A stretch of DNA of 62,601 bases, filler included, from Pirum gemmata (GCA_002812295.1; 26 parts of 26 records of this genome joined end to end with filler, not necessarily neighbours in it), one strand, 5' to 3'. Numbered from the whole stretch's first letter, positions 23,873 through 37,857 are shown. The notes: a model not told the origin generated them from the letters alone. Made by a program: numbers and translations.

Positions 23873-26800
23873 GTTAAAAAAATAATTATATATTATTATG
23901 TCGCGTTCTGAAGATCGGATCCTTTTCTCTAAAGCGGATCCTTTTATCTAAATTTACTAACTTTTTTTTAAACTTCTGAAGTGACCCATAGAATTTGAAT
24001 AATTTATTAGTTTATATCATAGACAACAAAACATCGTTTAATATGGTATTACATTAAAAATAATTATATATTATTATATACATGTTTATATATTATTATG
24101 TCACGTTCTAAGGACCCTGGGTGCCTAGAGGATCCTTTTATCTAAATTGGGTTTTTCATGGTCCTAACTAACCCTAACCCTAATAATTAAAAAAAGTAAT
24201 AATATTAATCCAGGCCTAAACCTAAACATATTAAAACCTAAATTTAAACCTTTTGATAAATTGTATGTAAGTATATCAACTATGTATTATACCGAAAGTC
24301 AAAAAGACCCACATCTGGTTCCAGACAGCTTCCATACATCCCGCAAAAAGTGTCTATATATAATACATAATTATATGATATATATTTTATATATACAATA
24401 AAGAGTACCAAATTAATACAATATAAATCCATTTTATTTAATTTGTATATATTTTAATCTAATATTATTAATTTAAAAATATCAATTTAAATATTATAAC
24501 AAAATAGATATACAGAGTAACAAAAATTAACGCAAAGCACAATACATACATGATAATGATGGCATTGTATCGATACAGTGAAAACAGTGTATCAATATTA
24601 CAATGTCATTTTTTTTTTTTTATCATGATATCAAGAAAAACGCTCCTTTGAAATGTAGTTTTTTTGGTCTATTATAAAGGTTTGCGTTGTTTTGTCCAAT
24701 ATATTGTTTCTGATATCTATAGAAAGGTCTTGTTGAGCTAATTAAATATATCCAATAAAATTTAAATATTTAATAATGAGTTTTAATTGAATTAAGAAAA
24801 AGAATAATTTGAAAATTTCGAATTTCGGATGAAATTAGGAGTGACTAAGGCGTCCCTCTCAGCAAAAAATGTTGTTTAAATTATCAACTTTCATTGGTCA
24901 AATCCCGACTTCATGAAAATTTCTAACTTTGGAAATTGGTTGATTCCGAAGTGACGCTATGGGGCACTTTGGAAATTAGTTGATTCCGAAGTAACGCTAT
25001 GGGGCAGCTCTGTCATCCCTTGGAGACTCTAAGTCTCTAACTACTACTAGCTAGGTTAGGGTTAGGGTTAGGGTTAGGACTGTTATAAATTAGGGTTAGA
25101 TTAGGGTTAGGTTAGGGTTAGGGTTAGGGTTAGGGTTAGGGAACCCTTCGCAAAGAAAGAAAGGCCTCACACAAAAGAGCCAAAAACATGTGACCGACAT
25201 ATTATACACAGCATAATATAAGGAAGGAAATATAGCCTTTAAGAGAAAAGAGACGCTCGAGCAGCACGCTAAAATGCTTCAATAATAATAATAATAATAA
25301 TAATAATANNNNNNNNNNNNNNNNNNNNNNNNNNNNNNNNNNNNNNNNNNNNTTAATTAATTAANNNNNNNNNNNNNNNNNNNNNNNNNNNNNNNNNNNN
25401 NNNNNNNNGATATATATGATACAAAAAAAAAAAAAAAAAAAAAAACTCTTTGAAAAACACTACCTGCCTGGTAGTGAAAAATTGAAGTTTTTTGAACAAA
25501 ATTTTTTGATTTTTACTTTTATTTTTTAATTTTATTTGTGTATTCTTTGTTGCGTATTTATTGTTTGTCGGTTTTATTTTGTTATTATATGATTATTATT
25601 ATTGTGAAAACAAAATTTATTAAAGTGGGGAATTTTTGATTTTCTGCTCTTATTTGTTAATTTTATTTCCTTGTTTTTTTGACTGTTTCTTCTGTTGCTT
25701 GTATTTTACTTGTATTTCATTTGTATTTATTATTTTTATTCTTTATTATTTATTAGTATGTTGTTTTTGCTTTGCAAATATATCTGCATATTTTTAAATT
25801 TTCCACAACCTTGAACTTTTTTTTTCACACTTTGTTACGAAACCATGTCAGTTTCCATGCAGAAATTGAGCAGGTATTGCTTTATTTTATTTAATAATAT
25901 CCTATACATTACCAACAACGACCAAATCACAACAACCAGCAGTCAATAACCACATTCACAACTACACCTAGTTAGTATATGGATGATTTATGATTTATGA
26001 TTTATGATCAAGATTTATGATTATTATGATTATGGCAAAAAAATAATTTATAATTTGTGATTTATGATTTTAAGATTTTTTGCTTTTATGCTTTTATGCT
26101 TTTATGCTTTTATGCTTTTATGCTTTTATGNTTTGGTCATAATTTTAAAGTTCATTTTAATAATTAATTACTGCCTAAAACAGTTTAAGTCACACTTTCG
26201 AGCAATGACTTCAATCAAAGAATAAGTAACGTCCTTTATGAACGTCCCCTTATTATCAATATTTCTTTTAGATATTTCTTTAGAAATTACAAAGACTTCA
26301 TGAAATTTGGAGTCTGGAAATTATTATAATATATCATACAGTTTTTTTAACACTACGTATACATAGAATTATTATAAATTATTATTTATTATATAATAAT
26401 TTATTTGGCCACAGCAGTGGCACAGTCATTATAAAATATTAATAGAATATAAATCCATTTCATTTATAATTAATTTGGTATATTTTATTATCTATTTATT
26501 AAATATTATAACCAACCAAATAAATATTTGGAGTGGCAAAATAAATGAAAAGCACAGTATTAATATAATATAATATTATCATAATAATATCAGACATGTA
26601 TACCGATGTGGCCTACTAGATGTGGCCTAATATTTAATACACCTGGTGGTCTTCGGGGTGATACTACCGTGATAGTGAGAACTAACTGTTTGGCTGAAAT
26701 ATATAGCTACTACTACGTATACTGTTACTACTACTAGCTACTAGCTATCACTACTACTACTACCAATACTACGTATACTATAGCTCTTATTAATACTATT

Positions 26801-27314
26801 ATATAGCTACTATAGTTGCTAGTACCACTACCACTACCACTACTACCACAGTACCACTTCCACCACCATCGATCACTATTGCTACTACTACTAGTAGTAT
26901 TATATTAATACTACTACGTATACTGTATATAGCAGCTACTATTACTACTACAACCCTAACCCTAACAGTCCCTAACCCTAACCCTAACCCTACTAAGTAT
27001 AATATACGTATAATATACTGCTACTGCCTCTACTACTTTTACGATGTCGCTGTTGCTTTTTCTGTTGCTAACCCTAACCCTAACCCTATTTCTATAACCC
27101 TAACGCCTGGATTGGTCACACTACTACTAGCTATAGCGACTGTAGCTAGCTAGCTAATAGTAGAGAGCTGTAGTGTAGAGTCAAAGCTATCGTGTTTTTC
27201 AATAGTGTTGTCCAGTTCAAAAACTGAAATAAACATACTATAAATTATTATGATCACTGCTAGAGCTAGTAGTAGGAGGTTCACACTATCCGGCCTTCCT
27301 CCTATCATACCTAG

Positions 27315-27650
27315 CCTTAAGTTTATTGATTCATGAGATTAGAGCGCTTTATTATGCAAATACGCTCAATTGTTGGTCATGTTTTCTTAGTTTATTGATT
27401 CATGAGATTAGAGCGCTTTATTATGCAAATACACTCAATTGTTGGTCATGTTTTCTATTATAATTTAATTAAGAAAGTTCACCCATTGTTATCATAGCTA
27501 CATCATCCTGACGATATAACTAGAGTGAGTCCTCACAACGCCTTAAGTTCATGAGATTAGAGCTCTTTATTATGCAAATACGCTCAACTGTTGGTCATGT
27601 TTTTTATTATAATTTAATAAGGAAGTTCACCCATTGTTATCATAGCTACA
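27315..27650. repeat. Three-copy dispersed tandem repeat
   Basis: TTCATGAGATTAGAGCGCTTTATTATGCAAATACGCTCAATTGTTGGTCATGTTTT occurs three times with variants. Confidence 0.85.
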
Positions 27651-28730
27651 TACCGTGAAGGTCACCTATGCTAATAATGGGCTCGAAAAGTGCTCGAAAC
27701 TATTTTTTTAAAACTGAAAAAAAATATAGGCTGCTGTACTGCTAGTGCTGTACTGGTACCTATACCATATGGTGGCTCGTATGGTGGCTAGCCTAGGTAG
27801 AAACAACCAATTTATTATTATGATATAAGTTTTGCTAAAAACTACAATCGAGCAAGCCTCGCTTAATTAATAACACTTTCGAGCAAGTCTCGCTTAACAC
27901 TTTCGAGGTTAAGTCTCGATAAAAATTTTATACTATGTAAAAACCCTTTACGACTGGATCACTCTCGGTTATTGTTGCAGGTTATCGTTGTTAGTTCAAA
28001 GGAGGGAAGGTGGGTGATAACGTCACTACTTCGGATTGTGTGAACCACTGTGAACACTTCGATCTGAACATCTTCAACTCGATAAAATTTAATAGAAACC
28101 AGTCGCTAGCTCACTATCTATTGTGCTTTTCAGTTATTTTGTTGTCATAAAGTATACATTTTAAATAGTACCAAATTAATACAATATAAATCCATTTCAT
28201 TTNNNNNNNNNNNNNNNNNNNNNNNNNNNNNNNNNNNNNAAATAAAATAAAAATAAAATAAAAATAAAATAAAAATAAAATAGAAATAAAATAGAAATAA
28301 AATAGAAATAAAATAAAAATAAAATAAAAATAAAATAAAAATAAAATAAAAAATAAAAATAAAGTAAATCAAGTAAAACATACTTTTAAAAAACATGATG
28401 TAGACTAGGATAGACTAGGCTAAAAAAAAAAGAATGGAATTTCGAAGTAATTTCGGCTCCTTCAATTCTATTCCTCAGAGGTGACTATGATGTCATTTCA
28501 TGTTTTATCGAAAAGCCCGTTATTTCATTATTTTTTTTCAAGCGAACCCATGAAATTTAAAAAAAAAAAAAAAAANACCAATGAAACTTCATGAAAGCGA
28601 CCACACCACAATCTAAAGACTGCACAAAAAGTCTCCGAAAAAAGTCTCCAGAAAAAAAAAGTCTCCAAAAATGCGGCACCTCTATAAGGCTCTAGTAGTA
28701 TTATAGTACTAATTTTTTTTTTTTTTTAAA

Positions 28731-28963
28731 CAGCCAGGCCCGATAAAACAGAAATATTATTTTTTTTAGACTTCTTTTCTAAAATCTTTAATTATAACTA
28801 GCCGAATTATTCTTAAAAGCTAGTTATTGGCTCATAATCGAGTTTTCTTGGCTAAACAATTTCTGAAAATTTGGTAGTACTTTTATTTAAATTGGTTGAT
28901 TTTGTGATTTTTTGGATTTTGAGCTCATATACCGGATGTCGCCATTTTTATCCGACTTGGTAG
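28731..28963 (+). mobile_element. MITE family C (piggyBac-like, TTAA-flanked)
   Basis: Imperfect TIR CAGCCAGGCCCGATAAAA / TTTTATCCGACTTGGTAG followed by TTAA. Homologous along its length to 47697-47950; fragment at about 45165-45320. Confidence 0.75.
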
Positions 28964-29118
28964 TTAAAAAATGTTTTTTACTATTTTTTTCACTTTTTCA
29001 CTCTTCAATAACAAAGTATTTTTCTTTTTTTTGACTCTTTTTACTCACTTTTTACACTCTTTTTACTCTCTTTTTTATTTTATTTTTATTTATAATAAAT
29101 ATTTTTGTTCTGAAGAAA

Positions 29119-29158
<40 letters not shown>

Positions 29159-29851
29159 TTTACAATGATAGATATAGATAGTTATTTTATAGCTAGTTAG
29201 NNNNNNNNNNNNNNNNNNNNNNNNNNNNNNNNNNNNNNNNNNNNTTAATTAATTAANNNNNNNNNNNNNNNNNNNNNNNNNNNNNNNNNNNNNNNNNNNN
29301 ACAATCAACAATCAACAATCAACAATCAACAACCCAGCAACCGACAACCAATAACCCAAAAGCCCAATAGCCCAATAACCCAATAACCAAATAACCAACA
29401 ACCAACAACCAACAACCAACAACCCAACAACCAACAACCAACAACCAACAACCAACATAAAACAGTCAACATAAAACAATAACACACAAACAGCAAACCA
29501 GAAGCTAGAAACCAGAAACCAGAAACCAAAAAGAAAAACAATAAATAAGAAACAATGAATGGTACATACATGTTGTAAACTACAAACTACAAGCCACAAA
29601 ACTTCAAAATACAAACTACCAACAACCAACAACCAAGAACTAACTGACAACTAACCAACCAACCAACCAACCAACCAACCAACCAAACAACCAAACAACC
29701 AAACAACCAAACAACCAAACAACAAAACAACCAGCCAACCAACCAACCAACCAACCAACCAACCAAACAAACAACCAAGCAACCAAGCAACCAAGCAACC
29801 AAGCAACCAACCAAGCAATAAACAAATAATATAAAAAAAACAAAATTACAC

Positions 29852-31055
29852 CTTTTTTTCATCATTTTGTTCTTTGCTTGGTTCAGATTCTTTTTCCTCT
29901 ACTACAGATGAAGCGGGTGCTGTGAACGTCGATTTATTGGCCGTAGATTTCATTATAACATGGTCCCATTTACCTGTATACGATTGCAGATAATTAAATA
30001 CCAAATACCAAATACCAAATACCAAATACCAAATATCAAACATCAAATACCAAATACCAAATACCAAATACCAAATACCAAATACCAAATACCAAATATC
30101 AAATATCAAATATCAAATATCAAATATCAAATATCAAATACCAAATACCAAATACCAAATACCAAATNNNNNNNNNNNNNNNNNNNNNNNNNNNNNNNNN
30201 NNNNNNNNNNNNNNNNNCAAATACCAAATATCAAACATCAAATACCAAATACCAAATACCAAATACCAAATACCAAATACCAAATACCAAATATCAAATA
30301 TCAAATATCAAATATCAAATATCAAATATCAAATACCAAATACCAAATACCAAATACCAAATACCAAATACCAAATACCAAATACCAAATACCAAATACC
30401 AAATATCAAATATCAAATACCAAATACCAAATACCAAATATCAAATAACAAATATCAAATACCAAACATCAAATACCAAATATCAAATATTAAATATCAA
30501 ATATCAAATATCAAATATCAAATATCAAATATTAAATATCAAATATCAAATATCAAATATCAAATATCAAATATCAAATAGCAAATAGCAAATAGCAAAT
30601 ACAAAATACAAATAGAAAATACAAAATAGAAAATAGGAAATAGGAAATATCAAATATCAAATATCAAATATCAAATATCAAATATCAAATATCAAATATC
30701 AAATACCAAATACCAAATACCAAATACCAAATGCCAATTACCAAATATCAAATATCAAATATAAAAAATTAAAAATCAAATGACGGGTAACAAATACCAT
30801 TTACCAAATATCAAATACCAAATATCAAACATCAAATACCAAATACCAAATGCCAAATGCCAAATATCAAATATCAAATACCAAATACCAAATACCAAAT
30901 ACCAAATACCAAATATCAAATATAAAGAATCAAAAATCAAATAACCAAATACCAAATACCAAATACCAAATACCAAATACCAAATAAATTTAATAAACAA
31001 TTACTACCCACTTATTACCTTGGTTTTCTCCATGTGGCATTTCACTTTCATATAG
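29852..31055 (-). CDS. Two internal exons (31055-31019, 29973-29852) of an unknown protein
   Basis: Canonical AG/GT sites. Phase-1 join reads LYESEMPHGENQ-G-KWDHVIMKSTANKSTFTAPASSVVEEKESEPSKEQNDEKK. Confidence 0.6.
29995..30985. repeat. Intronic heptamer microsatellite (CAAATAC/CAAATAT)n
   Basis: Fills almost the whole intron 29974-31018. Confidence 0.95.
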
Positions 31056-31554
31056 CTAAAAAAATGAAAACAATAAACAGGTGGCATTTAGTTAAGTAGA
31101 TTCAGGGGTTTAAAGGGATTATAGTCTAGGGCGACAAAAGGTTTAGTACCAACAAAACTGTAAGGCATAAAGGTATTTAGGGCAATATAGGGCATGATAA
31201 AGGGCAAGACGATAAAGAGTTTAGGGCAATAAAAGTTAAGGATGATAAAGGGTAAACATAGACAAAAAGGGGTCGAGGTCATTGAGATAAAGACGAAAGA
31301 CTAACAATAATGATAATAATAATATTTTAATTCAAAAACAATGTACNNNNNNNNNNNNNNNNNNNNNNNNNNNNNNNNNNNNNNNNNNNNTTAATTAATT
31401 AANNNNNNNNNNNNNNNNNNNNNNNNNNNNNNNNNNNNNNNNNNNNTATTATATAATATAATATAATTAATATTATACCAGACTTATTTACCAGTAGAAA
31501 GAATTATAGTGAAAAAATTCCTACTAATTTCCGGTGCCATAAACTCCTCCCGAC

Positions 31555-31935
31555 TCCTGATATCAACAAGAACAACAACAATGATAATGAATATGGATAT
31601 TATGAAGTTAATGATATTAACAAAAGCAACAACACCATGATATCAACTAAAACAACAACAATGATAATGAACATGATTATTATGAAGTTACTGATATCAA
31701 CAAAAATAATAACAATGATAATAAATATGATCATCATTAAGTTAATGATACCAGCAAAAACAACAACAATGATAACGATGATAATAAATTTGATCATTAT
31801 GAAGTTAATGATATCAACAAAAACAACAACAATTAAAATGAATATTAATAATAGGTTTATTATAAAGTTAGTGATATCAACAAAAACAACAACAATGGTA
31901 ATAAGTATAATTATTATGAAGTTATAATAATGATA
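31555..31935. repeat. ~55-60-bp minisatellite
   Basis: TATTATGAAGTTAATGATATCAACAAAAACAACAACAATGATAAT repeated about 6 times. Confidence 0.8.
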
Positions 31936-32098
31936 TCGCGGACTAGTATTCACAATCCCCACCACTAGTAGATGTAATAGTAACGGCTCTACTACCGCTA
32001 CCACTGCTTCCACCATTGACACCATTACTAAAGTTGCTACCCTACTAATACTTCATAATATTATTACTGTTACTTACTACTAATGCTCCTACTATTCA

Positions 32099-32148
<50 letters not shown>

Positions 32149-32208
32149 TTACTACTACTACTATTACTACTACTACTATTACTACTACTACTACTACTAC
32201 CACTACTG

Positions 32209-32248
<40 letters not shown>

Positions 32249-32637
32249 CACCACCACAACCATTCTTATTATTATTACTATCACTAACTACTATTAATAC
32301 AATATCATAATATCAATATTAGTATTGGATATCAACCCTAACCCTAACCCTAACCCTAACCCTAACCCTAACCCTAACCCTAACCCTAATATCAATATTA
32401 GTATCGGATATCAACATCATACAATACTTATCAGACTTACCATTACCATAGTATTAATATTACCATCATCATTCTTGAATACCCTCCCTTTTAATGATAT
32501 TGAATATTAATGTTGCGAATAAATACAGTTAAATACCATTAATTATGAGTACGATACTATCTGATACGATTTTAATTTCATTATGGTTGTACTGATATAT
32601 AACTAATCCACAATAACAATAACAATAACAATAACAA

Positions 32638-32671
<34 letters not shown>

Positions 32672-33738
32672 ATATTAATAATATTAATATTATTAAAATA
32701 TCATTATTATTTTATCAGCATTAATAGTAATGACGTCATCTGATATTGAAAACCTCATGATCATGGTTAAAATTTTACCTTTAAAATACCTAACCCTAAC
32801 CCTTACCCTTACCCTTAACCCTTACCCACTATAGCTGCTGTTAACACAAGCTTTTATTCGTTCCAATGCAGTATTTTATAAAGGTAAAAATATTATAATA
32901 AAATGTTGCATTGATCTCAGAATTCCCTAACCCCAACCCTAACAGTAATTGTAAACTTAACCCTAACCTAACCCTAACCCTAACCCTAACCNNNNNNNNN
33001 NNNNNNNNNNNNNNNNNNNNNNNNNNNNNNNNNNNNNNNNNNNNNNNNNNNNNNNNNNNNNNNAACCCTAACCCTAACCCTAACCCTAACCCTAACCCTA
33101 ACCCTAACCCTAACCCTAATCGTAACACTAACGAATTTAGGTGTTTTAAAACTAAAGTGATAATGATAATAATAAAATTAATTGAATATAGCTAGTTAGT
33201 AGTTATCAGAAAAAAAATTTATAGACTACTAATTATAAATATGAAATAATTGCCTGTTTGGTGGTTCGTATTGGTGCTAACCCTAACCCTAACCCTAACC
33301 CTAACCCTAACCCTAACCCGAACCCTAACCCTAATTATAACCCTAACCCGAACCCTAACCCTGATGTTTTTAGCTATTAGCATTGTTTGTTATTATTATT
33401 AGCTATTAGCATTAGCTATTAGTATTGTTTGTTATATATTGTTATTAGAATTTATTAGCATTGTTTGTTATTGTTATTAGCATTAGCTATTAGCATTGTT
33501 TGTTATTGTTATTAGCATTAGCTATTAGCNNNNNNNNNNNNNNNNNNNNNNNNNNNNNNNNNNNNNNNNNNNNTTAATTAATTAANNNNNNNNNNNNNNN
33601 NNNNNNNNNNNNNNNNNNNNNNNNNNNNNAGTATTACATTAATTATTATCTTATCATACATGTGGGAACCATGTTTTGAAAATTTTATTTTAACTTCATT
33701 TTATTTATTATTTCTGTAAATATTCGAAAAATCCGATA

Positions 33739-33823
33739 GTGATTTTGCTGATGAGGAACAATTTGATGACGACGTGGCTGACGTAGTGGAAGATATTAAT
33801 TCCATGTTTAGTGATGATGATGC
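33739..33823 (+). CDS. Possible acidic internal exon
   Basis: DFADEEQFDDDVADVVEDINSMFSDDD followed by GTAAGT; acceptor uncertain. Confidence 0.4.
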
Positions 33824-33982
33824 GTAAGTTTGACATTTTAGATAGCCAACAAGTGCACGGTGGTAGTAATGTTAATTGGGAAACTATTTGATTTCTTATT
33901 GTTTTTGGATAGTTTACGATGTGTTAGGGTTAGGGTCAGGGTTAGATATATGTTTCAATTTAGTTTTTTGCTCGTTTTCAGC

Positions 33983-34013
<31 letters not shown>

Positions 34014-34044
34014 AATGATAAAAAAAAAAAAAAGATTTACCTCC

Positions 34045-34080
<36 letters not shown>

Positions 34081-34157
34081 TTAGTGTTTAAAAATTTTTT
34101 TTTTATGTTGGCTGGTTAAATTAAGATATCTGTTGGTATGAATTAGTGTATCTGTTG

Positions 34158-34366
34158 GGAGACACGGGAAAAACTATCGAATCGAGACTAGTTTGAAATT
34201 TTCGAAATCATTATATCTAATTTTAAGTATTGTCTCACTTTTGATTTCATTAAAAAATTCTTAAAAATTCGATTTTTTTGAATAACTTGAAACTCGAAAA
34301 AAAAAGAATATCATTGTGATAGTTATGGTCGAGCTTTTTGATTCGATTATGTTTTCCCGTGTCTCC
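34158..34366. mobile_element. 209-bp MITE with GG termini and 3-bp TSD (PIF/Harbinger- or Zator-like)
   Basis: Perfect 15-bp TIR GGAGACACGGGAAAA with TTG on both sides. An empty-site copy TCTGTTGGTATGAA lies at 34129-34142. Confidence 0.9.
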
Positions 34367-36074
34367 TTGGTATGAACTCGTAAAACCTGTCTAAATCAAG
34401 GTATTTATTGGTACGAATTCGGTAAAACCTAGCGAAATTAGGATACGATAAAACCAAGTCTTCATATTAGAATTGTTCAATAACCATGTTGTAATATTTT
34501 ATATACTGTTCGTATTATTTTCGGCGTGGGGCCTTGGGTGTGGTGGTGGTGGTGGTGGGGTAGTCTACCTGGTATGTTGGAGAATCATGTTGTTAGATTG
34601 TGATCTATATTGTATTGGATGACGTAATATATTTTGACGTATTCATTATGTAACATCTCGTCTGAATGACGTAAATTCCAAATATTTATTATTTTATTTT
34701 ATTAGTTTTGTTGATAATAACTGCTTTGAATATATATATATATATTATATATAATCTGGGAAAGTTTGGACTTATAGAAAAGAAATTGTTCAATTAATTA
34801 ATTTTTGGAAGAAATTTTGAAATTTTTTTTGTAAATTTTATAAATTTGATATTTTACTTGTTATAAAACTCTTTTATGTGTTTGATTATATTTAATTACA
34901 TGCATCCTCCCCCCACTTTTTTGTCAACCAGATCCAACCCAACCCAAGTTCAACTGAATCCAACTGAATCCAACCCAACCCAACCCAACTTCTACTGAAT
35001 CCAACTGAATCCAACCCGACCCCAACTAAATCCAACTAAATCCAACTAAATCCAACTAAATCTGAATAAATCCAACTCAACCCAACCCAACCCAACTAAA
35101 TCTAACTAAATCCAACCAAACCCTATCCAATCTAATCCAATCCAATCCACACTCTAAAATTAATTACATCGTCGAATGCTGGATTCAATGAAGTTGAATT
35201 TGTTTTTTAAACGTGATCAATCAGATTCTTTTTTGTAGATTTTTGGTTTGTTTTGTTTGTTATTTTTTTTTGCCATGAAATATTCTAGGATACCGATTAA
35301 ATCTTTATTGTATTGCTATTTTTTGTTTAGTTTTGTTTAGTTTTATTTTTTTTAAAAAAAGTAAAATGTTCATGTTAGTGTTAATAAAGTTATATGGCTA
35401 TATAAATACATATCCAGATGGGCTATTATATTTTTTCATCAACTTTTTATTAATATATTTCACGATTTCACCTCCTTCTCCTCGTCTTCCTCATTGTACC
35501 ATAGTGTAGTCTTTTCCTTTCCGCGTCAGCTTCTCTGTTAAACCTTGATTCATTTCATTCCCGTATACCCGTATGATTCATTTCATTACCGAATAAAAAG
35601 CCATAAAAAGTAGATAAAATAGTTTTCCAACAACTTTTCGAATTTTAATTTGGGTACATATATAGTATTACACAGTACGATTATTATTATTATTATTATT
35701 ATATTANNNNNNNNNNNNNNNNNNNNNNNNNNNNNNNNNNNNNNNNNNNNTTAATTAATTAANNNNNNNNNNNNNNNNNNNNNNNNNNNNNNNNNNNNNN
35801 NNNNNNCAACAAACAACAAACAACAAACAACACACACACACACACACACAAACAAACAAACACACAAACACAAACACCCATGCACACAGCAAATTTTAGT
35901 ATAAAAAATATAAAATAAAAAAAAAGTAAAGTAAAAACAAAAACAACAACAAAAAAGAAATAATATTTAATAATAATAATATCGAAAACCAAAAAAAAAA
36001 GAAAAAAAAAAGAAACGAATAAACCTTTTTTTAATCCAAAACCCAACATAATATTATACAAGCAACGAGCAAAA

Positions 36075-37694
36075 ATGATGTATTCACAACTTGTTTTATC
36101 TTTTACTATGGTTACCTCTTTTGGTACTTTCTCGCAAGCTAAAAGTTTGAATAAGAGCTTGAGGGATTCACATTCTTCTTCCGACGCGCCAGTAGACATT
36201 AACGAGGTGAAGCCAATATTTCTCTGCCACTCTGCCTGGGGAATAGAAAGCCTTGACAAAAACTGCAAGAGTACGTGCTTAGATGTCGATGGTAACCCAG
36301 TTAATGAGAACAAATTGTGCGAGTTTCATGATTACAGCAACAACACCTACACTGTTGTCAACGAACAAAGTAGCAAAGGTAATGCTGATTTTGGACAATG
36401 TGTTTGTAACAAAAACTGTCGTGCTAACCATAAACAATATTTTGATTTGTATACCGGTGGATATGTTCAAGATGAAGTAACTTGTGGATGGGACGTTCAT
36501 CCTGGGGGAGGGTTATCCTGGTCTAATGATTGGGATTATTTAACCGAAAAAATGGGCATGACATTTACTTTGATTAATATTACAAACCATGGCAATACTG
36601 GCGGGGTTAGAACAGCTCACTGGCACGATAATGCTGATGAAATTACTTATGTCATCAGCGGTGAAGCCAGAGTGTCCATTACAAGACTGCCGTTAACTAA
36701 TCTCAAAGGTAACGAAGTTGATGAAAGTTTAGTTGCTGATGAAAAACCAAAAAGGCCTTATGATGATCGTAGAAGAAGTGTAAATCAAGAAAACTCGCAA
36801 GCACGTGCATTTGTTAGCTATGAACAAATGCAAAAGGATCGAGAGAAGCAAGATTTGACACTGGTAGTAGAAAGACCTACAGAAACTTTTACGTTAAAGG
36901 CGGGTGATGCTTTTTATGCCCGTAAAGGTTATTCGCATTACTTCGAATCTGTAGGAAATGAAGATTTTATTGGAATAGCAATTTTCAATACCAAAAAACT
37001 ACGTACTTTTGATTTACCACAAGTTACCCCTAACCTTGATGACGAATTGTTGGCACGAGCATTTGGTATCGATGTGGAAGATTTCAAAAAGTTAGGTTTA
37101 CACAATGCATATAATGAGAATAGAACTGTAATGGATCCCCCTACAAAAAAATGGTTCTTTAGCCCAGAAACCCTGACTGATTACAATGCACCAGTTTTTA
37201 AATTATCAGGCATTACAAGAAATCAAAAGCCTCACCCTCGTACCCATGGTAAAACAAGAACTTCTTTTCAAAATCGCGAAAGTTTGTTTAGTGAAATTAA
37301 TTTTGCTTATACTGAGATTGATGCTGGATCATACCTTGAACCATATTGGGTTGACAACTGTGATGAATTTATTTACGTACAAGAAGGAGGCAGTGATGAT
37401 ACGGGCAAGGTGGTTATGAGTCAAGCGAATCAGATAAACCCTGGGGTTGAAGGTCATATTGCTGATAAATTTGAACTAAAAATGGGAATGATGACTATTT
37501 GTGGTATTGGGGATACTTGTAGTATTGAAAACAATAGTAGCTCAACAGTCAAAATGATTAGAGCTTTCAACTGCAATGCTCCTACTGTTACTACTTTATA
37601 TGATAGCGTAGTTGGGCAACCTGATGATACTTTAGCTTCTGAGTATGGTGTTACAGTTGAACAAACAAAACAACTGAAAAATAATTTTGACTAA
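36075..37694 (+). CDS. Secreted bicupin, oxalate decarboxylase/oxidase-like
   Basis: Intronless 539 aa with a signal peptide. Cupin 1: GGVRTAHWHDNADEITYVISGEARV and GDAFYARKGYSHYF. Cupin 2 is degenerate (LEPYWVDNCDEFIYV). Confidence 0.85.
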   Translation: MMYSQLVLSFTMVTSFGTFSQAKSLNKSLRDSHSSSDAPVDINEVKPIFLCHSAWGIESLDKNCKSTCLDVDGNPVNENKLCEFHDYSNNTYTVVNEQSSKGNADFGQCVCNKNCRANHKQYFDLYTGGYVQDEVTCGWDVHPGGGLSWSNDWDYLTEKMGMTFTLINITNHGNTGGVRTAHWHDNADEITYVISGEARVSITRLPLTNLKGNEVDESLVADEKPKRPYDDRRRSVNQENSQARAFVSYEQMQKDREKQDLTLVVERPTETFTLKAGDAFYARKGYSHYFESVGNEDFIGIAIFNTKKLRTFDLPQVTPNLDDELLARAFGIDVEDFKKLGLHNAYNENRTVMDPPTKKWFFSPETLTDYNAPVFKLSGITRNQKPHPRTHGKTRTSFQNRESLFSEINFAYTEIDAGSYLEPYWVDNCDEFIYVQEGGSDDTGKVVMSQANQINPGVEGHIADKFELKMGMMTICGIGDTCSIENNSSSTVKMIRAFNCNAPTVTTLYDSVVGQPDDTLASEYGVTVEQTKQLKNNFD

Positions 37695-37821
37695 TTTTTT
37701 TTTTTTTTTTTATCGAAAAAGTACTTTTTAGTGCATCTGTGCATCTACCATTAATAATAATTTATTATAAATAGAAGCTATTATATTACTATTTAAGAAT
37801 GTAAATAATCAATTTAACGTC

Positions 37822-37857
<36 letters not shown>

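Noticed and set aside
25845..25873. Short first exon MSVSMQKLS followed by GTATTG
   Set aside because: Plausible but only 29 nt, with no supporting downstream exon.
32719..33270. Micro-exons between CCCTAA arrays
   Set aside because: The first two join in frame (LIVMTSSDIENLMIM|LLLTQAFIRSNAVFYK) but I could not extend them or assign a family.
35759..36500. Antisense ORFs overlapping the cupin gene (likewise those over the anoctamin, GATA and 6312-7361 genes)
   Set aside because: Shadow ORFs of real genes on the other strand or frame.
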